This document shows positions 25,528 to 34,540 of a stretch of DNA of 64,000 nucleotides, piece by piece. Location of the stretch: positions 1-64,000 of IMG/VR virus record IMGVR_UViG_3300002062_000001, one strand, 5' to 3'. The position numbers and the translations under genes were made by a program. The notes below the pieces were generated by a model, which saw only the letters and a program-made list of their open reading frames with translations, had not been told where the DNA came from and searched no databases. Within the stretch, counting starts at the first letter, position 1. The number at the start of each line of letters is the position of its first letter. The stretch comes from a virus.

Positions 25528-26280
25528 TCCCTTCATCGCCCACATCACCGATTCTTCCAGTCGCGTCCGGGCCAGATCAATTTCACGGCATTCGCCGGTG
25601 TGCCCCTCGAGCGCATCGATAACGCACGCCATCGCGTCAGCGGCGCTCTTGACCGCGCGTTGGCTCAGCTTTTCTTCTGCGGTCAACTGGCGATACTGGT
25701 GCCGGAAGTCAGTCTTCGGCAATCGGCTGGCGGGGACGAAGGTTTCACCGGCGGCTTCGCCCACCCGTTCAGGCGGGGTTTTCGGCACCGGGCCACCGTG
25801 AGACTTCGCCGCGGCGCGGCGATCTTCTTCCGCGCGCTGCTGTCGCCATTGCTCTGTCACGCTGGGGGTGCCGCGCGCGGCTTCGATGTCTTCGTCCGAA
25901 ACCGGGAAATCTGGGTGCTTCACAGCCCGGACACCTTCGATGGCGGCTTCAGTCGCGCCCTTGATGGCGTCATCAACATCTTTGGATGCCTTTTCGACAG
26001 CTTTCGCCGCCTCTTGGACTTCCTGCACCTTGCTCTTGCCGATTTTGAGCGTGCCGCCGGTGCGTGCCTTCGGCGCTGCTTCGACAGGTCCGGTGCATTT
26101 TTTGCCGCGATCCGTGAACGTGCCCACCGGGTTCCCGTCCTTGATCTTCCATTTCAGTTTCGCGCCGCACGCGCAAACGGTCGTCTTAACCAGACCGGAT
26201 TGGATTTCGTCATCTTCAGCAAGGCTGGTGATGGTTTCGGGCTGCGCGATGCACGTTCCCGGTTCCGTCATGGCTTCCAT
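25507..26280 (-). CDS. hypothetical protein (257 aa)
   Basis: ATG follows AGGAGA. Lys/Ala-rich middle. The C-terminal helix is ...ECREIDLARTRLEESVMWAMKGL. Confidence 0.55.
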   Translation of the reverse strand: MEAMTEPGTCIAQPETITSLAEDDEIQSGLVKTTVCACGAKLKWKIKDGNPVGTFTDRGKKCTGPVEAAPKARTGGTLKIGKSKVQEVQEAAKAVEKASKDVDDAIKGATEAAIEGVRAVKHPDFPVSDEDIEAARGTPSVTEQWRQQRAEEDRRAAAKSHGGPVPKTPPERVGEAAGETFVPASRLPKTDFRHQYRQLTAEEKLSQRAVKSAADAMACVIDALEGHTGECREIDLARTRLEESVMWAMKGLTATRR

Positions 26281-26340
26281 CTGGGGTATCTCCTGTGGAT
26301 AAAGGGTATGGAACCCTTACCCCGCGCCCCAGCGTCAGCA

Positions 26341-26375
26341 AACAAAAAACCCGCCGCCGGTTCTCCGGGGCGGGT
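26341..26375 (-). terminator. Rho-independent terminator (- strand)
   Basis: 11-bp GC stem ACCCGCC(G)CCGG-ttct-CCGGGGCGGGT followed on the - strand by TTTTTTGTTTG. Confidence 0.65.
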
Positions 26376-26657
26376 CTTCTGGGATGGCGGCTTTCGCCGC
26401 CGGGGGGTCATGGTAGCCTCACTGCCTCAGCCCGAACTTCGGGATTTCACCTTGGGACGACCTGAGCCTAAGACGATCCTGACCGGGATGTCAAAAGAAG
26501 AAACCGCACCAGCACATCCACCCCTGCTTCCGGTGATAGCACCGCTGGTGAACGTGTTGTTCATCATTCGCTGTTAGATTTACGTTGCACATTGCCGTGG
26601 TCCCCATCCGATTGCACTCGCTGGGGACCACAATGCCTTCAGGATCTTGACGATCCC

Positions 26658-26873
26658 CTAAGAGAACCCGCCCGTTTCCGTCGCATTGTATTCAATTTCG
26701 CCGATGATGGCGGGGTCGATGGGGTTTTCCCCATCCCGCCAGTCGTCGAAATCCAGCAGGAAGAACCGTTCCGGCGTATCGCCCAGACGCGCGATAGGCG
26801 CATCCGGGTACAGCCGATTGTATTCTTCCCGCGCTTCACTCAGGCGCTGATCCTGATCTTCGGCATAGGTCAT
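26658..26873 (-). CDS. hypothetical protein (71 aa)
   Basis: ATG at 26873 overlaps the MuF gene stop (ATGA). Confidence 0.5.
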   Translation of the reverse strand: MTYAEDQDQRLSEAREEYNRLYPDAPIARLGDTPERFFLLDFDDWRDGENPIDPAIIGEIEYNATETGGFS

Positions 26874-28807
26874 GGTGCCGTGTCTCCCTCTTCGATGATT
26901 TGCCGGAACTTGGCGATGGTACGCGGGGCCATGCTTTCCATCATCCACTGAAGCAGTTCAGGGAATTCGAGCGTGTGGCCCATGAAGGCATTCGCGAAGG
27001 CTTCCGCGACGTGCCCCACCGTGACCCCATCGCCGATCTTCTGGAAGTTCGCATAGTACGCTTTGCTGTGACCCCGCCCCCTTTCAAGGTCGGTGATCGC
27101 GCCCAGAAAGTCGTTCACGTTGCCCATGATGTACTGGTGCAAATAGATGTCATCCAGTTCGGTTTCGAGAACTTCAGGCGACCGGCTGTTCAGCGACCGC
27201 TTGCGGATCGTCCCCTGAATGACAGCCACCGCCTTTTCGAAATCACCAGCGTCCATAGCTTCGTGGAATTCGAATTCAGCGCCGCCATCATCGTCCTTCA
27301 GGATGGCCTGAAGCTGCCTGTCTGCTTCAGGCGGCATGGCCTCGGAAGGTTTCTTCCGAAGCGGATCGCCCACCGGACGCACCAGATCAGCACGGTCAGC
27401 CAGTAGGTCATCCATCATGGCGACCGATTTGGCCTTGGTGTAATCACGATTTCCCGATGGCCCGAAATCAACCGCGTGCCCCACTTCATGGAAGAACGTG
27501 CCCACCCACTTTTTGCGGTGCGTGGACTTCTTCCAGTCGCTGGGCATCATAATTTCATGGCGCTCTGGCGAGTAGTTGCCCCCGCGCTGACTGTTGCGGA
27601 TCGTAATCCGTTCCAGCCCTTCGATTGCACGCCGGAACACTTCAGAACCGGCGAATTCGGGCATGTAGGACTTCGTGATCGCCGGGGTGAATGCGGACTT
27701 CGTGGTCCGCTGGCGCGGCGTTGCGGCCGGCGGGATGGGGATGCCCGCTTGCGGGGATGCTGGCTGCACAGTGACGGGTCCGGGGTCTGGTGCCGCACGC
27801 CCAGCGCCTCGAGCGGGTGCCGGTGGCGTCGCAGGGGTGCCGCCTGCGATCTGGTTGATCGCCGCGATCAGTTCTTCTTCGCCTTCTGGCTCTGGATCGT
27901 CGGCACCCAGCACGGATGACAGATCGATCTTGCGCTTGGTGAAGCACCTGCACCCGTACCGCTCTGGACCTGCTGCCAGCGGGTCGCCGGGATACCGGAT
28001 CAGGCTGAACAGCCCTTCGAACGGTTCGCCTTCCTTCTTCTTCTGACCGTGAAGATGGACGTGGCTGTCCCGGACCTTGCCATCGCTGACCGATTTCCAT
28101 TCCACGGTGATTTCGTCAGCCGTGATGTCGCCGGTGTCCAGCAGTTGGGCATAGGATTCGTTCTGGCCTTCGTGGTGGGCTGCCAGACTTTCCTGACGCG
28201 CCACTTCCTTCGCCCGGTCATCCAGTGCCCGCTGCGCGTAGCGGTCCACCATCCGGTCGATCTGTTCCTTCGACAGCGGCTTCCCGCCACTGATGGCCTT
28301 TTCCACCGTCTTGTCGAAGCGGCGATCCCTGCGCGCGCGGCGTAGGGCGTCCCGGTCGCCGTTCTCGAGCGCAGACCGGAAGTTCGCGACAGCCTTGGCG
28401 TCGCGCCCTGTCAGCCCCATGACCTGGCGCAACTGGCGTTTGCGCTGATCGCGGGTGATGCTGTGGCCACCCTCTTCGATGGCCATCCGCTGGGCGGTGT
28501 TCAGGCGCTCCATCAGCGACCGGCGGGATGCGTCGATGGAAGCAGCGGCGCGACGGTGGGTCACGTCGAACGATGCCGCGTCCAGACCAAGCTGCTGCAA
28601 CATCTTCGCTTCCGATTCCGCGCTGGCGATGAAGCTGGCGGCGTTGGCAGCTGCGACGCGGGCCATCACCACTTCGATGCTTTCCATCGCTTCGTCCCAG
28701 CGGCCGGCAATCAGCAGGTCGTCGATCTGGTTGATATAGCGATCAGTCTTCAGGATGGCCGTGGCATCCCTGAACGCTTTGTAAATCCGGCTATCAGCCG
28801 CCTTCAA
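26870..28807 (-). CDS. MuF/SPP1 gp7-like head morphogenesis protein with C-terminal HExxH (zincin-like) domain
   Basis: MuF-type motif VEWKSVSDGKVRDSHVHLHGQ...YPGDP...GCRC, then a Pro/Ala linker. The C-terminal domain carries FFHEVGHAVD (27476-27490) and a later EAFANAF. Confidence 0.75.
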   Translation of the reverse strand: MKAADSRIYKAFRDATAILKTDRYINQIDDLLIAGRWDEAMESIEVVMARVAAANAASFIASAESEAKMLQQLGLDAASFDVTHRRAAASIDASRRSLMERLNTAQRMAIEEGGHSITRDQRKRQLRQVMGLTGRDAKAVANFRSALENGDRDALRRARRDRRFDKTVEKAISGGKPLSKEQIDRMVDRYAQRALDDRAKEVARQESLAAHHEGQNESYAQLLDTGDITADEITVEWKSVSDGKVRDSHVHLHGQKKKEGEPFEGLFSLIRYPGDPLAAGPERYGCRCFTKRKIDLSSVLGADDPEPEGEEELIAAINQIAGGTPATPPAPARGAGRAAPDPGPVTVQPASPQAGIPIPPAATPRQRTTKSAFTPAITKSYMPEFAGSEVFRRAIEGLERITIRNSQRGGNYSPERHEIMMPSDWKKSTHRKKWVGTFFHEVGHAVDFGPSGNRDYTKAKSVAMMDDLLADRADLVRPVGDPLRKKPSEAMPPEADRQLQAILKDDDGGAEFEFHEAMDAGDFEKAVAVIQGTIRKRSLNSRSPEVLETELDDIYLHQYIMGNVNDFLGAITDLERGRGHSKAYYANFQKIGDGVTVGHVAEAFANAFMGHTLEFPELLQWMMESMAPRTIAKFRQIIEEGDTAP

Positions 28808-28842
28808 GAGCGCAAGAATGCGCCCTTCATCATCGGGTTGGA

Positions 28843-30285
28843 CTAGCTTGTCCCCGATTCCGCTGGCGGCTGGGGTTTTTTTCCGGGTACGGGTTCCACC
28901 GGGTCGTTCGTTCCCACCGGGTCGTTCGCCGCTTGGAATTCGGCTTTCTGCTTTCGCAGTTCTTCCAGTTCCTCTTCCTCGGGTGTCGGTGGCAAGATCC
29001 CCGCTTCGCGCTCTGCAGCCACGTCTTCCACGTTCTGTTCGATGTTGGGAAGGATGCCGTCTTCAGCGACCATCGTGACCACAGAACGGCTCAGCGCCTC
29101 GGGGTCGATCAGCTTGGTGCGGTGATAGACGGACACCGTGGCGGCTTTCTTCGTGGAAGTCTCTGCCTTTTCCTTGGCGGAAGGCTGCCAGAGCGGGTTC
29201 CATTCGTAGTGCGAATCTTCGGGGTCCGCGCCCAGCGCGTGCATCTTCAGGGCCACGTCCAGCGGCGTGATGCGGGGCTGAAGATCGATGACCTGCATCG
29301 ACGCGATCCCGTCGTAATAGTGCCGGATATTGCCCTCGCCGGTGTCGCTGAGCGATCCGGGGGACACGTCCGCGATGCGCTCGACAGGGATGTCCGCCGC
29401 GCCGGACACGACCTTCACCATCACTTCGATGACTTCCGGGATGCCTGCGAAGTTGTAGGTCTTCTGTTCCCAATTCTCTTCTTCGTCCAAGATCACGGCA
29501 CCATTGATGCCCTTGATAAGCATCGCCGCATCGAACCGCTTCAGGACCGCTTCCATGCCTTTCTTCGTGGAAACCTGTTCAGCCAGTTCCTTGACGTGGA
29601 TGATGTCGGACTTCGCGTCGTGGATCAGTTCGGCGATGGCGTAGCAGATGCGCGCGACGTTCTTGACCTGCTGGTGGCACGCCTGAAGCACGCTATCGCC
29701 CCAGACACCATCGCTGATGCCGAAGGCAGGGTCTTCCGATACTTCACCCACGAACTTGATGACGCGGCTGGGGTGAATTTCCACATAGCGGCTATTGTCC
29801 GCCGGGATTTGCCACATGATCGGTTCCCCGAACCACGGGTCTGCGATGTCCCGCTGAACGTCATCATAGAAGACTTCTTCACGGTCGAAGACGTGCAGAT
29901 ATTTGATCCCGCCCTTCTTCATCTTCTCAGGCTCGAGGGGCAGGCGCGGGTCAGATGCCCCGTCGCCAATCAGCAGCAGCGATCCACCGCGCCACCGCGC
30001 CAGACGCTGGGCCTTCTGGCACTTCTGAAGGACGCCCAGCGCGGTTTCGGCGTTCTCGATATGCGTCTGGTCTTTGCCGTCGATCCCGCTCCACGTCCGC
30101 CATTCACGGAAGGCGTCTTCCGCCGGGATGTTCACGATCTTTCGGGCCAGCCAGTCGTCGCGGTACATCGCATAAAGCTGGTACGGGGTCAGGGATGGAA
30201 GCGCGCCATACTGGTCAGCGCCTGCGCGTCCTTGGGTGGCCAGCAGGTTTTCCGCCAGAGCCGCCATGTTGTCGATCATCCGCAT
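28843..30285 (-). CDS. portal protein (DUF1073-like)
   Basis: 480 aa, immediately downstream of TerL. N-terminal pattern ...YRDDWLARKIVNIPAEDAFREW. Confidence 0.8.
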   Translation of the reverse strand: MRMIDNMAALAENLLATQGRAGADQYGALPSLTPYQLYAMYRDDWLARKIVNIPAEDAFREWRTWSGIDGKDQTHIENAETALGVLQKCQKAQRLARWRGGSLLLIGDGASDPRLPLEPEKMKKGGIKYLHVFDREEVFYDDVQRDIADPWFGEPIMWQIPADNSRYVEIHPSRVIKFVGEVSEDPAFGISDGVWGDSVLQACHQQVKNVARICYAIAELIHDAKSDIIHVKELAEQVSTKKGMEAVLKRFDAAMLIKGINGAVILDEEENWEQKTYNFAGIPEVIEVMVKVVSGAADIPVERIADVSPGSLSDTGEGNIRHYYDGIASMQVIDLQPRITPLDVALKMHALGADPEDSHYEWNPLWQPSAKEKAETSTKKAATVSVYHRTKLIDPEALSRSVVTMVAEDGILPNIEQNVEDVAAEREAGILPPTPEEEELEELRKQKAEFQAANDPVGTNDPVEPVPGKKPQPPAESGTS

Positions 30286-30294
30286 GATCTTGCC

Positions 30295-31614
30295 TCACAG
30301 TCCGTCATAGATTGACCTTCTCTTGTTCTGGATCAGCGGTGCCAGTGCATAGCGACCCGCGTCAATGGTGTGGTTTTCCTTGTCCACAATGTCCGTAAGG
30401 ATGTCGCCTGCCTTGTTGACCTTGTAGCTGTATAGCCGGAATTCGCGATGCACTCGAGGGCACGCCGGGTGGATGACGTGCTTATAGGACCGCATCCATT
30501 CCACCCCGTCTTCCACGGACCCCTTCCACTTGTCCGCTGCCTCGAGCCGCCGGAAGCCGCCCTTCCGCCGCACATAACTGATGGTTTCGGGCCTGCTGTT
30601 GTCCGCCCGGACCTTGAAATCCGCCGCTTCCGGGATGTCCTTCAGCCAGTTCGGACCAATGTCTTCCATTTCCCAGCCGACGCCGCCCGATTCCCGGCAC
30701 CAGTACATCACGCCGTCGAACAGATAGATTTCGATCAGATAGGTCGGATCGACACTGAAACCCCAATCCGCGCCATAGTAGGGGCCATCCCATTCCGGCT
30801 TGATGTCGAATTCTTCGACCCGGAACTTGCCCGAAAAGATTTGCGTCGCAGACCTGGTGTTATAGCCGCCCAGCCAGACGTGTTCGAACGTCTCCCAATC
30901 GCCCTTGATGTCCACAGCGATTTCTTTTTCAAGCGCATCGCTGAGCGGATAGGGGTTGTCCTGATAGTTGACGTGGATCGACATCGTGTCCGGGTTGCCG
31001 CCGTTCAGCACACCGTCGCCCATTTCGTTGCGGAAGAAGTCGTCGATCGCATCTTCCGGCTTGTCCGGGTTCCACGATGCCCAGATTTGCGATCCCGCCT
31101 TGCGGATCGTCGGACGCAGCAGGGACAGTGACCGCTTCGACAGGCTCTGGGCCTCTTCGATCCACGCCCAATCCATGCCTTCCAGCGACTTGATGGATTC
31201 GGCGTTGTGCTGCTGCATCCCCGCGAAGATGATGAAGCCTTTGCCGCCCTTCCGCTTGATGATCTTGTCTTGGATGTCGAACAGATGCGCGACGCCCAGC
31301 TTGCTGATCTTCTCTTCGATCAGGGCCTTGGAACTGAACTTCAGGCTGACTTGGGTTTCCCTGATGCAGACCCCTTTGCAATCAGGATCGATCACCAGCC
31401 GTTCCACCGCCATTTCGGCGAATTCGTGAGACTTGCCGGAACCACGCCCACCGTATGCGCCCAGATAGCGATAGGCGGGGGTCATGGGCAGCGCCCAGCG
31501 CGGACGCGCGCGCCGGAAGGTTGCACCATCTAGCAAGGGATCAGCCTTCTGGCAGGTTGCGACTGCGGAAGAGCGGGGCCAGACGATCCGACTGGAACCG
31601 CCCAACAGCGTCAA
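30295..31614 (-). CDS. terminase large subunit (PBSX/Terminase_3-like)
   Basis: Walker A YGGRGSGKS and a C-terminal nuclease region. The true start is probably downstream of 31614, because that start overlaps the upstream ORF. Confidence 0.85.
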   Translation of the reverse strand: MTLLGGSSRIVWPRSSAVATCQKADPLLDGATFRRARPRWALPMTPAYRYLGAYGGRGSGKSHEFAEMAVERLVIDPDCKGVCIRETQVSLKFSSKALIEEKISKLGVAHLFDIQDKIIKRKGGKGFIIFAGMQQHNAESIKSLEGMDWAWIEEAQSLSKRSLSLLRPTIRKAGSQIWASWNPDKPEDAIDDFFRNEMGDGVLNGGNPDTMSIHVNYQDNPYPLSDALEKEIAVDIKGDWETFEHVWLGGYNTRSATQIFSGKFRVEEFDIKPEWDGPYYGADWGFSVDPTYLIEIYLFDGVMYWCRESGGVGWEMEDIGPNWLKDIPEAADFKVRADNSRPETISYVRRKGGFRRLEAADKWKGSVEDGVEWMRSYKHVIHPACPRVHREFRLYSYKVNKAGDILTDIVDKENHTIDAGRYALAPLIQNKRRSIYDGL

Positions 31615-31747
31615 CGCGGATGTGCGTCAGCCCTTCCGGGCCAATAAGCACATCGCCAGACAGGGCAGAAGGCGAGACATACGCCCCCGGCTGATCTGGG
31701 TCTTCAACCAGAATCGTGACGTTCTTCAGCTTGCGCGTCCTATCCAT
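31541..31747 (-). CDS. hypothetical protein (68 aa)
   Basis: ORF-track ORF, co-oriented with its neighbours. Overlaps the annotated TerL start. Confidence 0.4.
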   Translation of the reverse strand: MDRTRKLKNVTILVEDPDQPGAYVSPSALSGDVLIGPEGLTHIRVDAVGRFQSDRLAPLFRSRNLPEG

Positions 31748-31949
31748 TCGGGGTCGATGCCTCGAGAAAAGCCGCGCGCTCTTCGCTGCACTGGATGCGG
31801 TCAGCGATCCGCTTTTGAAGGCGCTTCACCCCCGCCATCGCGGAAACGGCTGCGAATCGTGCATCGTTGCCCTTTTCGGATTCCAGCATCCAGTGGCGAA
31901 GGTCGCCCCGGATCAGTCCGGCGATCAGGGTCAGGTCAGGTCTTTGCAT
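31740..31949 (-). CDS. hypothetical protein
   Basis: An internal ATG at 31949 follows a purine-rich GAAAGAAAGAAG. Confidence 0.4.
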   Translation of the reverse strand: MQRPDLTLIAGLIRGDLRHWMLESEKGNDARFAAVSAMAGVKRLQKRIADRIQCSEERAAFLEASTPNG

Positions 31950-31962
31950 CGGCTTCTTTCTT

Positions 31963-32217
31963 TCAATCCGCGCCGCTGTTGGACGCGATTTCATAGATGC
32001 CATCACCTGTATCACGGATCAAACCCCGTTCCGATAGGGCGATCATAGTAGTATAGCGCGGGGACCAGTTGGGTTCATCTGCACCGAAGAAGCTGCAAGA
32101 CGCTCGAGGCGCTTGGAAAGGGTCCGATGCAGGCGGGTCCGTGAAGACCGTCACGACCCTGCAGCCCTTGGCCATCTGTTCCAGCACCCGGCGCATCACC
32201 GGGGACAGCCCATTCAT
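31963..32217 (-). CDS. hypothetical protein (84 aa)
   Basis: ORF-track ORF with coding-like composition. Confidence 0.45.
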   Translation of the reverse strand: MNGLSPVMRRVLEQMAKGCRVVTVFTDPPASDPFQAPRASCSFFGADEPNWSPRYTTMIALSERGLIRDTGDGIYEIASNSGAD

Positions 32218-32483
32218 CGCCTTTTCGGGAAAATCCCCGCCGCGATATATGCCGGATGCCGGCCGATGGGGTTGCCTTGGGGCAGACCGTTCTGTCTTGT
32301 TAGGTTTCTCTGGGGACCGTACAGATGGTTATAAGCCACTTGGCGAACTTTTTTGAGGTATCCCGAAACTTCGCCGCGACGACGCGCCCGAGAATGCGCC
32401 CGATCTATTTGACGAAGAGTGCATCCATCTGACTTTTCATCGCAGTCGGAAAGCGGACAAGAGCCACAGAAATCAAGCATCAT
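32214..32483 (-). CDS. hypothetical Cys-rich protein
   Basis: An internal ATG-ATG at 32483 gives the N-terminus MMLDFCGSCPLSDCDEKSDGC. Confidence 0.4.
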   Translation of the reverse strand: MMLDFCGSCPLSDCDEKSDGCTLRQIDRAHSRARRRGEVSGYLKKVRQVAYNHLYGPQRNLTRQNGLPQGNPIGRHPAYIAAGIFPKRR

Positions 32484-32874
32484 CTGAAACAGACCATCCG
32501 CATTCGCTGCACTTGCGGCAATCGACGAGCGCGCCGGGACCGCCGGGGGACATCGTGACTTGGCTGTCCCCGTCGTGGAAATCCCCGCGTCCGATGAAGG
32601 TCTGGGCAATCGCTTGGCTGTCCTTCATGCGCCCCCCGCACTGGCGGCACAGTTCCCGCTCTTCGCCGCGGTTCATCGCTTCGTTCATCCCATCGATCTG
32701 CAGATGAACCATCGGTGCGTCCATATCCATTAGCTGATGGACAGCCATGACTTCCGCGCCGAAATTCTTCCAGACCACGATCTTGACCGCGCCGGGGCGC
32801 GTCGGGTCTGGCGTGAAGGTGATGGTCCTGCCCTTGCTGATGGCATCGTGGACAACCTGCTGGAACGTCTTCAT
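32473..32874 (-). CDS. hypothetical protein with C-terminal zinc ribbon
   Basis: ATG at 32874. CRQCGG...CRKCSECG motifs. Confidence 0.45.
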   Translation of the reverse strand: MKTFQQVVHDAISKGRTITFTPDPTRPGAVKIVVWKNFGAEVMAVHQLMDMDAPMVHLQIDGMNEAMNRGEERELCRQCGGRMKDSQAIAQTFIGRGDFHDGDSQVTMSPGGPGALVDCRKCSECGWSVSDDA

Positions 32875-33009
32875 GGCCACGTCCTTGTTCTTCGCTTCTT
32901 CATCGCACAAGAAAAAGCCTTGGCTGGGCTGCATCCCTTAGCTTCGTAATGGACGCGCCAAGCCTCGAGCCGTCCGGGTTCTTCAGATCCTGAAATGGTG
33001 GGCATTCGA

Positions 33010-33246
33010 TCAGTCCTTCTGCTTCGGGTCGATTTCCGGGGTGTAAGCCTCGAGCCGCGCATAGTGCGGACCCATGACAGCCAGCCCCACCGCGTCGTGC
33101 ATCGAATCGTCCAGCTTTGATCGCTGGGCAACCGCGAGCAATTCAGCACAGAACGCCTTGTGGGCTTCGAACTGAGCATCACAGACGCGCTGCATTTCCG
33201 CGCGCAGGTCTTCAGCCGTGGTGATGTCTTCGGTGCCAGCCATCAT
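33010..33246 (-). CDS. hypothetical protein (78 aa)
   Basis: Overlaps the TerS stop. Predicted helical. Confidence 0.45.
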   Translation of the reverse strand: MMAGTEDITTAEDLRAEMQRVCDAQFEAHKAFCAELLAVAQRSKLDDSMHDAVGLAVMGPHYARLEAYTPEIDPKQKD

Positions 33247-33800
33247 TCTTCCTCGCGTTTCGGTGGCTTGGGTGGTTCCGGCTTGTTCGCCGGTTCCATC
33301 ACTTCGTAAACGACCTTGGTGGGCGGGGCGAAGGTCACGGTTTCGGCGCTTTCGGACTTGTCCACCAGACCCAGGTCGCGCGCGATGATGTTGGCGTTGA
33401 ACTGGTCAGCCGCCGCCCCCTCGAACTTCTGGGCCTTGATGATTTCATAGATTTCCGCTGTGACTTCCGAAAAATCCGCCCGCTGAGTGTAGTCGATCCA
33501 CGTCTGGACCCCGATGCCAAGGAAGATGCGAAGCCCCCCCAGCGTCATCGCGCGGCGCTTTGGGATGTCGGCATTCACGACCTTCCCGTTGTTCTGGAAG
33601 ACCTTGCGTTCCCATAGCGGGTTCGCTTCGACCCACTCGAAATATTCGCAGGCAGCTGCCCAGAGGATTTCGGGGCTGGCGAAGATGGGCTTCCGTCCGT
33701 GAGACGACCGGGCCTTCCAGAAGTCATTCCGGGGCAGGAACAGCCCTTTGGCATCCTTGCCGTCGCCCTTGTCCTTCACGTCTTCGGCTGCTTCGCCCAT
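33243..33800 (-). CDS. terminase small subunit (gp3/DNA-packaging-protein-like)
   Basis: Pattern [27 protein letters not shown]...[15 protein letters not shown]...W.DY, typical of small terminases. ATG at 33800 overlaps the upstream stop. Confidence 0.6.
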   Translation of the reverse strand: MGEAAEDVKDKGDGKDAKGLFLPRNDFWKARSSHGRKPIFASPEILWAAACEYFEWVEANPLWERKVFQNNGKVVNADIPKRRAMTLGGLRIFLGIGVQTWIDYTQRADFSEVTAEIYEIIKAQKFEGAAADQFNANIIARDLGLVDKSESAETVTFAPPTKVVYEVMEPANKPEPPKPPKREEE

Positions 33801-34294
33801 CAGAAGTCCCCCGGCGCGACCTGCGCGCAGATCAGCCCTTCGGATCGCCACATATCGACGACGGACTGGCGATCATCGAAGACCAGCGCGGGCTGGAAGC
33901 CGCCAGCCTGCAGTTCGCGCAGGAAGCCCAGCTTCAGGGCGAAGTCTGGGCGATAGTCGTCGTCTGGGCGCATCAGCAGCAGGCTGTTCGCCCCGGATGG
34001 GAATCGGGTCATCGATCTGGGGAACGCGGTGGCGTTGACGGTTTCAGCGTCCACATGCGCTTCCAGCCAGATGTCCGTGGCGGCTCGAGCGCGTTCCATC
34101 CGCCCGGTCAGGAAGGCGACGCGCGACTTGCCGTCCTGAATGAAGCGCCGCGCCAGTTCGCACATGGGTTCGATGGGCGGGTCTTTCGCGCATCCATCCA
34201 GAAAGGCTTCCCAATCCTTCTTTTCGCCGGTGACGTGGTGCCGCCGGTGTTCGCAGTCAGACAGGGTGCCGTCGATGTCAAAAATTACGTCCAT
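33800..34294 (-). CDS. HAD-superfamily phosphatase (PNK-phosphatase / acid-phosphatase-like)
   Basis: HAD motifs in order: FDIDGTL, FLTGR, DFALK, VFDDR. Confidence 0.7.
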   Translation of the reverse strand: MDVIFDIDGTLSDCEHRRHHVTGEKKDWEAFLDGCAKDPPIEPMCELARRFIQDGKSRVAFLTGRMERARAATDIWLEAHVDAETVNATAFPRSMTRFPSGANSLLLMRPDDDYRPDFALKLGFLRELQAGGFQPALVFDDRQSVVDMWRSEGLICAQVAPGDF

Positions 34295-34449
34295 AAGATC
34301 AGCCTTCTAGCGGGTGTCACGTCTCCGATACTTAGAAGCTAGGACCATCAAACGGTATCCGCGTCAAGGTTCTAGCCCTTAAAGAGCGCCAGACAGAAGC
34401 CCCCGAAATCACAGTCTTTGTCCGTATGACCCCGGCATAGATCAAAAAT

Positions 34450-34503
34450 AATCACAAATAATGTGATTTGACGGTTGCGCGTCGATACTGTCAGGGTTAT
34501 ATC
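34450..34503 (+). promoter_or_regulatory. promoter/operator unit P1: AATCACA-aataa-TGTGATT palindrome, then TTGCGC-N17-TATATC
   Basis: Palindrome at 34450-34468, -35 at 34475-34480 and -10 at 34498-34503. The architecture is the same as at 36909-36960. Confidence 0.5.
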
Positions 34504-34540
34504 CCTTGTTATCGAAGCGACGAACACAAGGAATGCCCCG

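Noticed and set aside
25507-25620. The C-terminal helix ...ECREIDLARTRLEESVMWAMKGL of the 257-aa protein reminded me of a motif (LA.TKLEEA.MW..KA) seen in small helical phage proteins, possibly nucleotide-sponge anti-defence proteins.
   Set aside because: This is only a vague recollection. I cannot name the family with confidence, and the protein is much larger than those I recall, so no call is made.
26427-26567. A 46-codon ORF (MMNNTFTSGAITGSRGGCAGAVSSFDIPVRIVLGSGRPKVKSRSSG) as a real gene.
   Set aside because: No convincing Shine-Dalgarno sequence. The product is Gly/Ser-rich and low in complexity. The region is dominated by RNA hairpins. I kept it only as an alternative in the ncRNA finding.
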